Source: Lytechinus pictus
Lineage: Eukaryota
Reading direction: 5' to 3'
Assembly (NCBI RefSeq): GCF_037042905.1
Contig: NC_087252.1
Span: forward strand, 22,632,001 to 22,696,000
Length of the DNA: 64,000 bases
Both the position numbers and the translations under genes were made by a program. Below, in pieces: positions 38,401 to 51,900 of the stretch (the first letter of the stretch is position 1; each line of letters starts with the position of its first letter). Below the pieces are notes generated by a model. The model was given only the letters and a program-made list of their open reading frames with translations, had not been told where the DNA came from and made no database searches.

Positions 38401-41011
38401 AGAGTGTAGTACTCTTGGCTCAATACCACGGGTAAGATAATATAAGGTCCAAGGATGTTAGTTTTAAGCTTTTGTCAGCTGTGTCTTCTTGAGGTTTTCA
38501 GCTTATTTTAGCTTTCCTCTACAAAAGTATGAGAGCTTTTTCAATCTCAGCTTTTTTACATAACACTTGAGGGTTTTTTTCAGCTCTCTATATTTGTGAT
38601 CACTCATACCCCTGAATATTTACATGTACGGGTACTTATATCACAAAATGTTTCAAATGGCAAGCTGTAAATATATGTTTGCTTTTTAAAAGTACATGAA
38701 ATCTTTTCATCCTTTTCAGAAGAAAGACACAGGATTTCTGAAGAAGTCCTTAGATACCAAGCCATTGTCTATAGCAGGCAATAGGGAGGAGAATATACAG
38801 ATGTTACCAGAATTCTCGGAAGACGTAAGATATGATATTTCTTTCAAATTATACTTTATCTTCCACATATGTATGTCTTTAGCTGATCGTTAAAAAGCAG
38901 AATAACAAGAATTTTCGCATTTACACTCTCTACAACGCACCGACTCCTTTGGAAATGTGAGTCAAATCACGATGGAGAGCCGAGAGGCTCATGTCGAAAG
39001 TTGGTGGACTGGACTGGGACAGTATCGGAATCTCTTGACTCTGGACAACGACATACTTGCAATGGTTTGTCCGGTGCAGATCTTCGGATGATCTGCTGTC
39101 CCAGTCCACCAACTTTCGACAAAAGCCTCTCAGCTCTCTATTGTGATTCTAATTGCATTTTCAAAGGAATCGATGCGTTGTAGAGAGTGTCTCTGGAGTA
39201 AATGTGAAAACTCTCTATTGTTGTTTTGCCCATCAAACACTGTCATCTCTGAAATTAATACATTTTGATCTTTAGACTGATAACAAATATGATCATTGTC
39301 TGGAGTAGGAAAATTTTACTCACTCGCATGGTTAAAGCTAATATTGTGTAAACCCAGAAGAGATTAAGCTTCTTATAAGCTCTGTTTTAATTTGACCATT
39401 TTAGGCTAGGCATCATCTTAAAGCTTTATTGAGCTCTAATATACACCTGTTTCATTAGTTTCTGATGTGGAATATAAAACAAATAATCACATTCTCTTTA
39501 TAATGAAGAGAATCTATCACTTTGTAGGTGATATGTGTATGTATATGCTATCTTACCTCATCTTTGATTTGCTTCTTGATCCTCAACTTTCCATCTGTTC
39601 CTCATATATTCGTTTTTAAAGATAGCAACAATATACAGTAGTCACAAGGAGGAAGATCTTTCTTCTGTAAGTGCAAATGAACAAGAAGAAAAAATGACCA
39701 ACGTTTAATGTTCATCTTTGTCAAGAAGCAAGTCTACTGGAGCAGAGAAAGGATCAAGTTTGTCTGCATATCTAGATGTATTTTTATATTTTTCCCCTTT
39801 TGCTGAACAGGAGCCAACTCCAAGATTAAATCTAGATCTTGATCTTCAAGATATTGGCCAGCTGGGTTACGAGGTAAAGGGTCTTCAAAATGTTTTTTTT
39901 TTTTCATTATATATATATATATACAACGCGCGACACTGGCACTGGTCCGACGGTCCCAGACCAGTAAAAATTGCCGTTGGGCCAGTAACTTTTCAGAAAA
40001 AGCCACATATACTGGTCCAAAAGACCAGTAAGATTATATCTAACTGATACAAAATATATTTTCTTTGCTTTAGTAAATTATGAAATGGCTCTGGCGTCTC
40101 AAAAAATGGCTCTCATGAATTATGTTGTGTGTGCGTACTGTTTTTTTTGGGGGGGGGTAACAATAAGTCTTTTTTATATTTTTCTTTATTTTGGGGATCA
40201 GTGAATTTTAGGTTTGGTCCAGTAAAAAATTGAAAAACTGGGTATGTACTGGTCTGACATGATCAGGTCGGACCAGTAGAAAAAAGGGTTAGTGTGGAGC
40301 CCTGGGGGGGCGTTTCATGAAAGGACTTGTCGGACGTTTAATCCGACAGTTACCATAGTAACAGTACCTCTCAGCCAATCAACATCAGAGAAAGATGTCA
40401 GATCTGACAACTTGTCGGATGAAAATGTTGATGAAACACTCCCCTGATATATATACCTGTATGAAAAAAATGATTCAGATAACATGTGATAACATTGATA
40501 AAAAGTGAATAGTGACACCACCTCTCTTAGAGGGTTAATTTGTAACGACATGCCTTGAAATGTTCCACCAAAATAATGCAAAACTTTCAAAGTAGTACCC
40601 GTTTCTGATTATGATCATTTTCAATGTTTTATATGTTCTTGAATTCAAACTGTATGTATTACATTGTGATATTACAGGGTAATATCACAATAAGTGCATA
40701 TTTTTTTAGAAGGTTATATTCATTGTGTATTAAAGTAAATGCTGTGTATTTATTTTGATGACAGGAATCAGAAGCAAGCGAACCGGCCTTGAAGCATCTT
40801 CATCCTTCTGACGATGAAAGCGACGAAGATGATGTCAATGTGGTAAGCATTGTGCTGCTGATGATGATGGTGGTGATGATGATGGGGATGAAAATGGTGG
40901 CAATTGTGATGATGATGGTGATGATGAATGTGAAGAACAAGATGAAGATGATGGTGATGACGATGGTGATGATTATGATGATGTTGATGGTGATAATGAT
41001 GATGGTGATGG

Positions 41012-41042
<31 letters not shown>

Positions 41043-41046
41043 GGTG

Positions 41047-41078
<32 letters not shown>

Positions 41079-42933
41079 GATGATTAAGAAGATGAATTTG
41101 ATGGTGATGGTGATGATGATGAAAATGATAATGGGGATTGTGATGTTGATATTGATGATGATGGATAATGATGCTGCTGATGATGATGATTTATGATGAT
41201 AATAATGGTTGTGATTATGATTATGATGATCTCAACTCTGGTGTCTTACAACTATGTAAAGACTTCTCTACCTTGTATTATGTATCATGTATTTTCTACA
41301 ATTCTTATTATCAAGGACTAAGATGAAAACCACCTGTTTCTGATCCTGTTATCGTGGCAAAATATTTTTTAATTTAATAATGAATTAATAGACTAATAAT
41401 TTTACATCACATTTCTCTTTGCCCATACATCCAAACATTTTACCAGGTGGGTGTTTCATAAATCAGTTTTTACAGTTGTGAATGACTTTGCACACGACTG
41501 GTGAGCCTTTCTTGGAAGGTAAATGAACACCAATGAAAATTTTGAGGTATATCATACACCTTGAGAAATGGTCACCAGTCCTGCGTAAAGTTTTGCATAA
41601 CTTACGAAGGTCTTTATGAAACGACATCCTTTTTCTAAATCCAAAAATCTTGATTGAAATTCCTTTGATTCAATCTCACAGGACTTTGGTATTGATGCCA
41701 ATCTCTCCAAGCGTCTCGGTCTAATGGACGCAGATAGCCTCATGCCAGCTACCAGTCCAGATCCACCTAAATCAAGGGTAGGTTTCTGCAAAAGAAAAAA
41801 AGTTTGAGAAACTTGATAAAATTCTGATACAGGTAGTGATGGTGTTTTTCCCTTTACCGGTTTACAAGTCAAAACATAAAATCTGTTTTGGTTGTGTACT
41901 TTTCATGTGAAAATTCATGGAATTTACCTTTGCAAAATGGAATTCATGTGTTTGCTATGTACACTTTGCTGTTTATTAGAAATGACTGAACTGTGGTTCT
42001 GACTACGCAAATCAAATGAATGAATCACATTTTTTTTCTGTTAAATTACCAAGTTTATTTATAAGAAAAACCTGTTGTATTTCATATAGGTTTCTACCTG
42101 TGAAAATTACTATTGGAATACTAATTCTCAATGAATTTGTCATTATCAGGATTATAAACAAACTGTATGAATGTATGTCATAGTATATTTCATTATCAAT
42201 GAAAAAAATAATGCAAATATGTATCATATTTACATAAAGTTTCATTGCAATGTTGAGGTATAACTAATAACAATGGTTTATAGACAATTGTAATGAATTG
42301 TTGGTTGCCAGATGTACTTCAATTTAAAATGGAAATATTGATGTTCCTTTCATGAAATACACATTGAAAGAGATAACATACTATTTGCAAATGTGTGGAT
42401 TGTTTTTGTGTTTGTTTTATTCTTTCCAATATATTTGTGATTTTTTTCCCCTTCTCAGTTTTTAAAGAGTTCAAAAAAGGAACCAGAGAAAGGGCCATCC
42501 TCTAGACCGCCTTTGTCCCTGGAATCTTCATTAGACAGCCCTCGGGTACCAGATCTAGGCTACTCAGGAACAAAGGTAATGATGAGGGGGACGAGGAGGA
42601 AGATGACAGTGATAGTGATGATGATGTGGAGGAGGAGGATGGTGGTGATGGTGATGATGAGGATGATGATAACGATAGTGGTAGTTATGGTGGTGGTGGT
42701 GATGATGGCAATTACGAAGGTGATGATGATAAGGATGATAATGATGATGTCGATAGTGATAGTGATGATGATGTTGATGATGATGATAAGGACGATATCG
42801 ATGATGTCGATGGTGATGTTGATGATGATGGTGGTGATGATGATGATGTTGATGGTGTTGGTGATGGTGATGATGATGATGATGATGATGGTGATGATGA
42901 TGTTGATTGTGATGATGATGGTGATGATGATGG

Positions 42934-42964
<31 letters not shown>

Positions 42965-45900
42965 GATGGTGATGGTGATGGTGATCATGATCATGATGAT
43001 CATGATGGTGATGATGATTATGATGATGATGATGATAATGATGGTTATGGTGATTATGCTACTGATGCTGCTGCTGACGATGCTAATCATTACATCGCCA
43101 GTGATGAAACAAAAATTAATTTTGAATGTAATAATAATTATGATGATGGTGGTGTAGGTAATGAAGATTATGAGGATAACAAAATTTTCAAGCTGAAGAT
43201 GGTGATTTCAATCAATTTTTTTTCTTTCCTCTCAGATGGGTGGTGGCACGTTCCCCTCTCTTGGTTCCTTGGCACCATCCTCTGCAGCTCATCTTCCAAA
43301 ACTCGACAATGAGAAACTTCAGAGAGAAGCTAGAGAAGAAGAAGAGGAACTCAGGGCTAGCATGGAGCAAAGTTTACAGTCAAAGTAAGTGTTTATCTTT
43401 TCATATCCTTTCATTTCCAGAATGAAATAAGTAAAAGACACTATGTAAAAAGATGTATCTTGATGTTGGTTTTATTTTCATTACCTCTGTCACTGTTTCT
43501 CTTGATCTTTGAATCTTTTCTTTGAAAAATAATAAAACTATGGACCCTGGGTAGTCACTTCAGATCCGAAAACTATTCTCCCAGCTTGCCCTGCTTAACA
43601 TGATAATGTTATTATTACACCAGCCTTAGCTGGGCTTCCTACAGTAGGTGCTCAAGTTGAAGGAATTTCTTCCTACCGGGTACCCATTTACTACACCTTG
43701 GAGGAGAATGGCAAATGTCGTATTTCTGATCATATTTTACTTTCAGGAGAGTAGATATGGAGAAAGATTTGAAAAGGAGCTTGAAGCCGAGGAGACGACA
43801 CTACGTAAGGCAGCAGGAGAAAAGACTAAAGCTGATAGGTCTATGATAGTTGTGCTAGTGTTCATCTTTTGTATGATTTTTCATATTCAGGAGAGCTGAG
43901 ATGGAGAAGGATTTTGAGAGGGAGATTGAAGCAGAGGAGACTGCACTATGCAAAGAGCCTGAAAAATAGGCAGAAGCAGGAGCTGATATGTCTTTAATTG
44001 CGCTAGTCTTCATCTTTCATATAATTCTTCATTTACAGGAGAGCAGAGATGGAGAAAGATTTTGAGAAGGAGCGTGAAGCAGAGGAGGCGACACTACGCA
44101 AGGAGCAGGAGAAAGGCTAAAGCAGAAGCTGATATGTCTGTAATTGTGCTAGTCTTCATCTTTCATATAATTCTTCATTTACAGGAGAGCAGAGATGGAG
44201 TACGATTTTGAGAAGGAGCTGGAAGCGGAGGAGGCAACACTACGCAAGGAGCAGGAGAAAGGCTAAAGCAGGAGCTGATATGTCTTTAATTGCGCTAGTC
44301 TTCATCTTTCATACAATTCTTCATTTACAGGAGAGCAGAGATGGAGAAAGATTTTGAGAAGGAGCTTGAAGCGGAGGAGGCGACACTACGCAAGGAGCAG
44401 GAGAAAGGCTAAAGCAGGAGCTGATATGTCTTTAATTGCGCTAGTCTTCATCTTTCATACAATTCTTCATTTACAGGAGAGCAGAGATGGAGAAAGATTT
44501 TGAGAAGGAGCTTGAAGCGGAGGAGGCGACACTACGCAAGGAGCAGGAGAAAGGCTAAAGCAGAAGCTGATATGTCTTTAATTGTGCTAGTCTTCATCTT
44601 TCATATAATTCTTCATTTACAGGAGAGCAGAGATGGAGTACGATTTTGAGAAGGAGCTGGAAGCGGAGGAGGCAACACTACGCAAGGAGCAGGAGAAAGG
44701 CTAAAGCAGGAGCTGATATGTCTTTAATTGCGCTAGTCTTCATCTTTCATACAATTCTTCATTTACAGGAGAGCAGAGATGGAGAAAGATTTTGAGAAGG
44801 AGCTTGAAGCGGAGGAGGCGACACTACGCAAGGAGCAGGAGAAAGGCTAAAGCAGAAGCTGATATGTCTGTAATTGTGCTAGTCTTCATCTTTCATATAA
44901 TTCTTCATTTACAGGAGAGCAGAGATGGAGAACGATTTTGAGAAGGAGCTTGAAGCGGAGGAGGCGACACTGCGCAAGGAGCAGGAGAAATCCCTGAAGC
45001 TGATGAGGGAGCGTCTGGAGAAGGAGCTGGAGGATGCCAAGCTGGAGCTCCTGGAGGACAAAGAGGATCATCTACGGCAGCTTAAAGAGGAAGCTCATAA
45101 GGAGGAGGAGAAGGAAGAGGAGGCATTGGAAAAGGAGAAGGCCAAGAGTATCAGGTTAGATTTAGAATTATTTATGAAAGTTTCTCTTTAAAAAAAAATT
45201 CATTTTTGCCCATTGTAATGAGGCGTTGCATAATGTTGGAATCAATAGCAAGTCTATTTTGTATCCCAAAAGTAATCATACTCTACGTCTGGCAATCCAA
45301 TTGCGAATTGGCACTTGATTGCTACTCTGCTTATTGCAACAATGCGTGTACATTGATGATTCCTAGTTAAAATTGATCTATTGATCATAAAATTGCAACA
45401 AAAATTTGCTATTGATTGCAAATATTTTATTGCAACACTCCCTAAGAATGAAAGAAGTGAGGAAGACATAGTGAAGTGAAACCTGCATATGAAGACCACT
45501 GAAAGTTAGATGTAAATATGAAAGAACAATTCTGATTGGTTCCTGGTCTGTGTTCTGAGCAAAACGTACATGGGACAATGATATTGATAGGCCAATTCCA
45601 TCTCCTTGGCTCCCATCATGTCTGCAGAAGCTACTGTATATCATCACTTTTTCAAAGATGAAGTATTGTTTTAAAAGTAAAAGAAAGTGGTAGCAACGAA
45701 TGATTATTTCATGAGAAAATCTGTAAAATCAAGGTTAATTGCCACCATATTATCATAGATCTAGTTCAAATACATTGAAATAAACTTATCTTTATGAAAT
45801 CTTAGCTGAAAACAGAGAATTCTGATGATCACTAACCCAAAAAGGCATATGTGGGACAAATTCCCCAACATTTTATGAAATTTCATGCTTTATTTTGCTA

Positions 45901-48900
45901 ATTTCTCAATAATTACAGTTTTTCCAAGAGTCATTTGGAACATATTTTTTATTTCTACATACAAACACTTGGGTGGTAATTATATTGGATTGTATTCAAA
46001 CTCATTTCGAGATCGTTACCACAACTGGCATTTATCTTTAAGCTTTTCATATAGACCATTATTCTAAATGATATCTAAATCAAATTCTTGACTTTAATTT
46101 CTTATTTTTTTTCCTTTGATAGTGATCTGAGGAAGAGGGTAAGAGAGGAGACGGAGGAAGAGGAAGCGATGTTGATGGAAGGAAAGTCAGATGCCCTCCG
46201 GAAATTGAAAGAGACCATCAAGAAAGAACAACAGACTGAAGAGGATAAAATCAGGTTGGTTAGAGCATCTAGAAGATAATAAATAGAACTGCCTGGCTAT
46301 GTTGACCATCGAATGAAGAGGGGAGATGTCTAAATTGTTTAACATTGATAAGTTTCTTTTGTTTACAAGTTAATAGATATATAATGAGGCTGAATGTAAA
46401 TTGTTTTTGTTTTCAATATCTATGACAGTAATGATTCGCACAATTTTCAGGCAAAATCCTGTTATCCTTATTTATAGGATTTCTATTCTTACAGTCCTAT
46501 ACAGCACATCTTTTTTATTAATAGTGTGGTAACTTAGTTCAAACTAAAGATAATTTGATGGCAGCTGCCTATGTTTACTCTCTGTGTGCAACAAGGTAAA
46601 ATTGGATGATACTCATTCAAAGCTGTTTTGAGTAAGGAAAGGCCACTTCATACTGACTGTTGCAATACAATTTCAAGAAGTTTGAATATCAAGTTATCTT
46701 TCACCGGGAACCTATGCGGAAAATCAGTGCAATATCATTGTTCAATCATCTTACAGGGAAGCGAAGGACAAAACATTGAAGGATCTCAGGGATGAGGTTA
46801 GGGAGCTCCGAGAGAAAGAAGAGGATAAACTGGAAGAAGAGAAGAAGAAGGTGATGGATAGGATTAAGAAGGAGGCGGCGTCGTACCAGGAGGAGAAGAT
46901 GGCCGACTTGAAGAAGGGACATGAAATGGTGAGTCTAAAAATAACTTTTGATAATTTTATTTATGAACGTATTTATTTATTGTTTATACGCCCTCCCAGC
47001 CATGGCGTAATTTCCTTCAGCAAGAAACTCATCCATATTGTGCTGCACTCAACCCAGGTGAGGTGAATGGGTACCCGGTAGGAAGAAATTCCTTGAATGC
47101 TTGAGCGCCTAGGCAGCTCAGCTAAAGCCGGGGTAATAATAATAGCAGGGCCCGCTGGTAGAACAGTTTTCGAAACTGAAGTGGCTACCCTGGGTAAATA
47201 TACCTATAATTAATATTTTAAAAAGTCCTACAGGACGTATTATGGTATCATGCTCGGTGTCCGTATGTTAACTTTCCCTTGTAAACGCGGTAACTTCAGT
47301 TTAACTTAACCTAAGCTCATATAATTTGGTATGTATGATACTAGCGTGGCTCCCAGGTAGCCTATCGATTTTGAGTTTAAAAGGTCAAGGTCACAGTGAC
47401 ATGTTTTCATCTTACCTTTCTGAAGTCCTTGTTAACACGATAACTTTAGTTTAACTTACACTAGGCTCATATAAAATGATACTAGCATAGATCCCAGGAA
47501 TTCTATTAATTTTGAGGTCAGAAGGTCAAAGGTGAAGTCGCCACCTTCCACTTTTCTTGCTTGACCAAAAACTCCATTTTCCGTATTACAGGTGGGCACA
47601 TTATGTGCTCGCCTTAGCGACACTCTTGTTCGTGTGTGTTCTCAGCATTCATAAGCACATACTGTACATGTACGTATGATATACTGTATGTTTTATTTTA
47701 CCAAAGGTCAGCATTGCTTCACAAATGGTCTGAAACTCATTTAAACCGACAATCAAAATAAGATGATGAATATCAGGGCTCCGTTTTACAAAGATTTGCG
47801 TTTGATCCGATCAACCACAACTATGATGTACTTGCATTCTTTAACATTCATCATTGTCTTGACCACTCTGTGTGTTTCCACTTTGTTTACATGGGACACT
47901 GCAAATTTCCGGGAGGAAAAATTATGACAATGATGAATTTCCATATAAGACGGGACCCAGTTTTTCCTTTCTGGAGATCTTACACTGGCCATGCACTCAT
48001 TTTGATATGGCTCAAACACTTGGGGGAAGAAGGGATTTGTAAATATGTTTTAGTGTTAGTAAGTTATTGTTATAATTAGTTATAGTTATAGAGTACTGTT
48101 CCATTTATTGTACAGTACCACAGATTGTCAGCATTGTTGTGCAAATGGTCTGAAACTTATTTGAATATGGCATTATTTCTCCAGGATTTAGACAAGCTGA
48201 AAGAAAAGCTCAAATCCGAGCAGCAATCATCACTGGATGAGCTGAAGAAGACTTTTGAAGAGGAGATTGAGAAAAAGAAGACCGAAGCTAGTCAAAAACA
48301 CAAGAGGGTATGTGCCTACTACATGTATGTAGTCAATCACATTTATGCTATATGGGGTGAACAAGAAATAAACAGATGTGTGGGATAGCAGTTTCCTTTG
48401 AATGTATTTTATTTCATTACCTTCATCGTGATTTCATTTTGATAAGCTTATCAAATTCAGCTCTTCAACTCAAATTTGTTTAAGTATCTAGAGCTTTAAT
48501 AGAAACAATGTGTTTTAAGCCCTTTGTAATTATTATTATTTTATCATTATTATGTCCGCCTGTTGCATTGTTTGTCTAGGATATGGATGATATTCTATCT
48601 AATCTACGGGAATCCCAAGAAGAGGAGAAAAGGAGAGAGGAAGAGAAACTGAGACTAAGCCGTAATAATCAAGCTGCTATTAGAGATATGGAGACAGGGG
48701 TAAGACACGTGTCCCGTTTCACAAAGCATTGTTACAGTAACAAATGCACAATTTCTATCACAAATTTACCATCAGCCAATCAGATGGAAGGATTTCAGTA
48801 GCTTTTAACTGTTATTGCAAAGTTGTTATTGTTACAAGTTTTGTGAAACTAACCCTTGATACTTTCAGCTGTGCTGTTCTGAGCAATTCTTATTGAAACA

Positions 48901-51900
48901 TAAATGCCAGTTGTGGGGCCCGTTGCAGAAAGAGTTGCAATCAATCGCAACTCTAAAAATCATGCGCAACTTGATTTTCAACCAATCAACAGCGTGCATT
49001 TGGGACTTGCGATTGATTTTTTGGATTGCGTTTAAACGCAACTCTTTCTGCAACGGACCCGTGGTGAGGATCTAAAATAAAGTTCAAGCAGAATGGAATA
49101 AAAAATGTCTGTTTAATGTCCAGTGCCCATGTTCTCGGCAACAGCAACGCCAACGTTCGTCAGGACATCATCTTTTTCTTCCAGTCTTGCGAAGTGCTCT
49201 AGTTTGGAAAATCCAAACTTTATTGCTTTTCTCTTGCTCACTGCATCGGCATTTAGTAGCAATTCCTCCAAGTCTCCCTCTGTCAGAAGTTCGAATCGCG
49301 GCCCCTCCGTGGCGGTCGCCATTTTTCTTGTTTATAAACAAACGATCGTTTCAGAAACTATAGCAATAGCGCACTAAAGTGGATATCGTTCATGCATCCA
49401 GTAAAATAAATCGTCCGGGCCAAATTTTGCTCTCGACCAATCAGATTGCAGGAATCACCAAGAAAAATTGAAAATATGTGCCAAATGGTTTTTGTAGACA
49501 ACGAGTAAATGCCGAGAAATTCTCAATATAAGACCTTCCAACCAGGTGCTTGATCTCTTCCAAGCAATAATAATACATTGTTTTTTTTTTTTTTTTTTAT
49601 TCAATTTGCCCCCCCCCCCATAATGTATACACTGAATACTATTTAGTCATGTACTTGACACAAAGGAGACCCTAGCCTTACAAGCCCTGCTTTTCGGGGG
49701 TTCTCCTTGTCTTTCGTTCAATATGTAATTCGTTATTTGCTGTGTTTCCTTTTTCTACTGTAACAATGGTTTATGATTAATTGATTTGCATCTGTAGAAT
49801 GTGAAATCACTCTTGTAAGACAAAATGTATGTGCAGAAAGAAAGTCAAGTAGATATCTTATCTTGTCTTATTTCCTTTGCTTTCACTATTTTGTTTTGAA
49901 TACCCAGATGGATAGTATTCTTCAAGAACGTAAACAGGCACTGAAGGAGGAGCATCAGAAGGAGATAGAGAGGATGAAGAAGGATCAAGAGAAGAAGATA
50001 CGAGATATGACCAGGGAGCTCAAAGATGCTGTAAGTTCAAAGGTCAAAGTTGAAACTTTAGACTCGTGTACCCTTCAGCCTGTTGCATAAAACTTTTTAC
50101 CTGAGAAAACTCCGGTAAAAACTGAAAACTAAGGTTAGTCTGATTTCTGCCATTGACTTTAACACAGGGCAAAAACTCAGGTAAAAAATATCTGAGTTTT
50201 CTCAGGTAAAAAGTTTTATGCAACAGCCTGGTGTTGTTAATTGGATTTTAAAGGATGCACAAGACTTGCAAAAAAGTCAGGATACTTACAGTAATTTATT
50301 TTTATTTATTTCTTTGTTTATTTATTCATTTTTTGTCTCACCTGCATAGCAGAGTGAGACTATAGGCGCCGCTTTTCCGACGGCGGCGGCGGCGTCAACA
50401 CCAAATCTTAACCTGAGGTTAAGTTTTTGAAATGACAGCATAACTTAGAAAGTATATGGACCTAGTTCATGAAACTTGGCCATAAGGTTAATCAAGTATT
50501 ACTGAACATCCTGCCTGAGTTTCATGTCACATGACCAAGGTCAAAGGTCATTTAGGGTCAATGAACTTAGACCATGTTGGGGGAATCAACATCAAAATCT
50601 TAACCTAAGGTTAAGTTTTTGAAATGTCATCATAACTTAGAAAATATATGGACCTAGTTCATGAAACTTATACATAAGGTTAATCAAGTATCACTGAACA
50701 TCCTGCATGAGTTTCACGTCACATGACCAAGGTCAAAGGTCATTTAGGGTCAATGAACTTTGGCCGAATTGGGGGTATCTGTTGAATTACCATCATAACT
50801 TTGAAAGTTTATGGATCTGATTCATGAAACTTGGACATAATAGTAATCAAGTATTACTGAACATCCTGTGCAAGTTTCAGGTCACATGATCAAGATCAAA
50901 GGTCATTTAGGGTCAATGAACTTTGGCCAAATTGGGGTATTTGTTGAATTACAGCCATAAATTTGAAAGTGTGTTGGTCTAGTTCATAAAACTTGGACAT
51001 AATAGTAATCAAGTATCACTGAACATCCTGTGCGAGTTTCAGGTCACATGATCAAGGTCAAAGGTCATGTAAGGTCAAAGAACTTTGGCCATGTTGGGGG
51101 TATTTGTTGAATTGCCATCATATCTCTATAAGTGTATTGGTCTAGTTCATAAAACGTGGAAATAAGAGTAACCAAGTATCACTGAACATCTTGTGCGAGT
51201 TATAGTAGTTTTCAAAATCAGCACTGCTGCTATATTGAATCGCGTGATGCAGGTGAGACGGCCAGAGGCATTCCACTTGTTTATTTATGTAGTTATTTTT
51301 ATTCTTTTTATTTTTTTTGGGGGGGGGGATTTGGACATACCGCACAAGGCGTTGAAATGATCCCCCCCCCCCCCCCCGCCCATCCCTCAGCATAATTAGT
51401 GTAACAATTGAATTGAAGCAATTAATTGATTGAAACAGCACAAGATGAGGAAGGAGAAACTGCCAAAAATAGATAAGTTTGCACTGAAAGAATTTTGAGG
51501 GAAAACATCATGCTTTGAATATAACATTCAATCCTCTTGTGTATTTTCTATCCCATATGATGTTGATAAAAGTCAGTATTTCCTTTGTAAAGGTAATCAT
51601 AGAAAATCAACCAAATCATAAAGTAGCCTGGAAAAAAGTCGACATTTCAACTGATGTATCTGTCTGCTTTTAGGAACAAGATGAGAAGAAAACCTTGCAG
51701 AAAGAGCACGAGACGGAGAAGGAGAAACTGGCAAAAATCCACAAATCCGCGCTGAAAGTGTTGAAAGAAGAGTTTGAGCAGAAGAAAGAGGTTTTACACA
51801 GCAGCCATGACGATGAGGAAAGGGCGTTGAAGGAGGTAAGGACTGGATTATTTCTCTGACAGTCTGACATGTGTTATGCTGAAATTTACAGAGCTCTGCA

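Noticed and set aside
42513..43312. Acidic D/G-rich 228-aa ORF and overlapping ORFs
   Set aside because: (GAT)n microsatellite within a GT-AG intron whose flanking exons join in phase.
43747..44914. Dscam-like array of mutually exclusive coding exons
   Set aside because: Units lack a credible donor and carry stops or a frameshift, so they cannot be alternative full exons.
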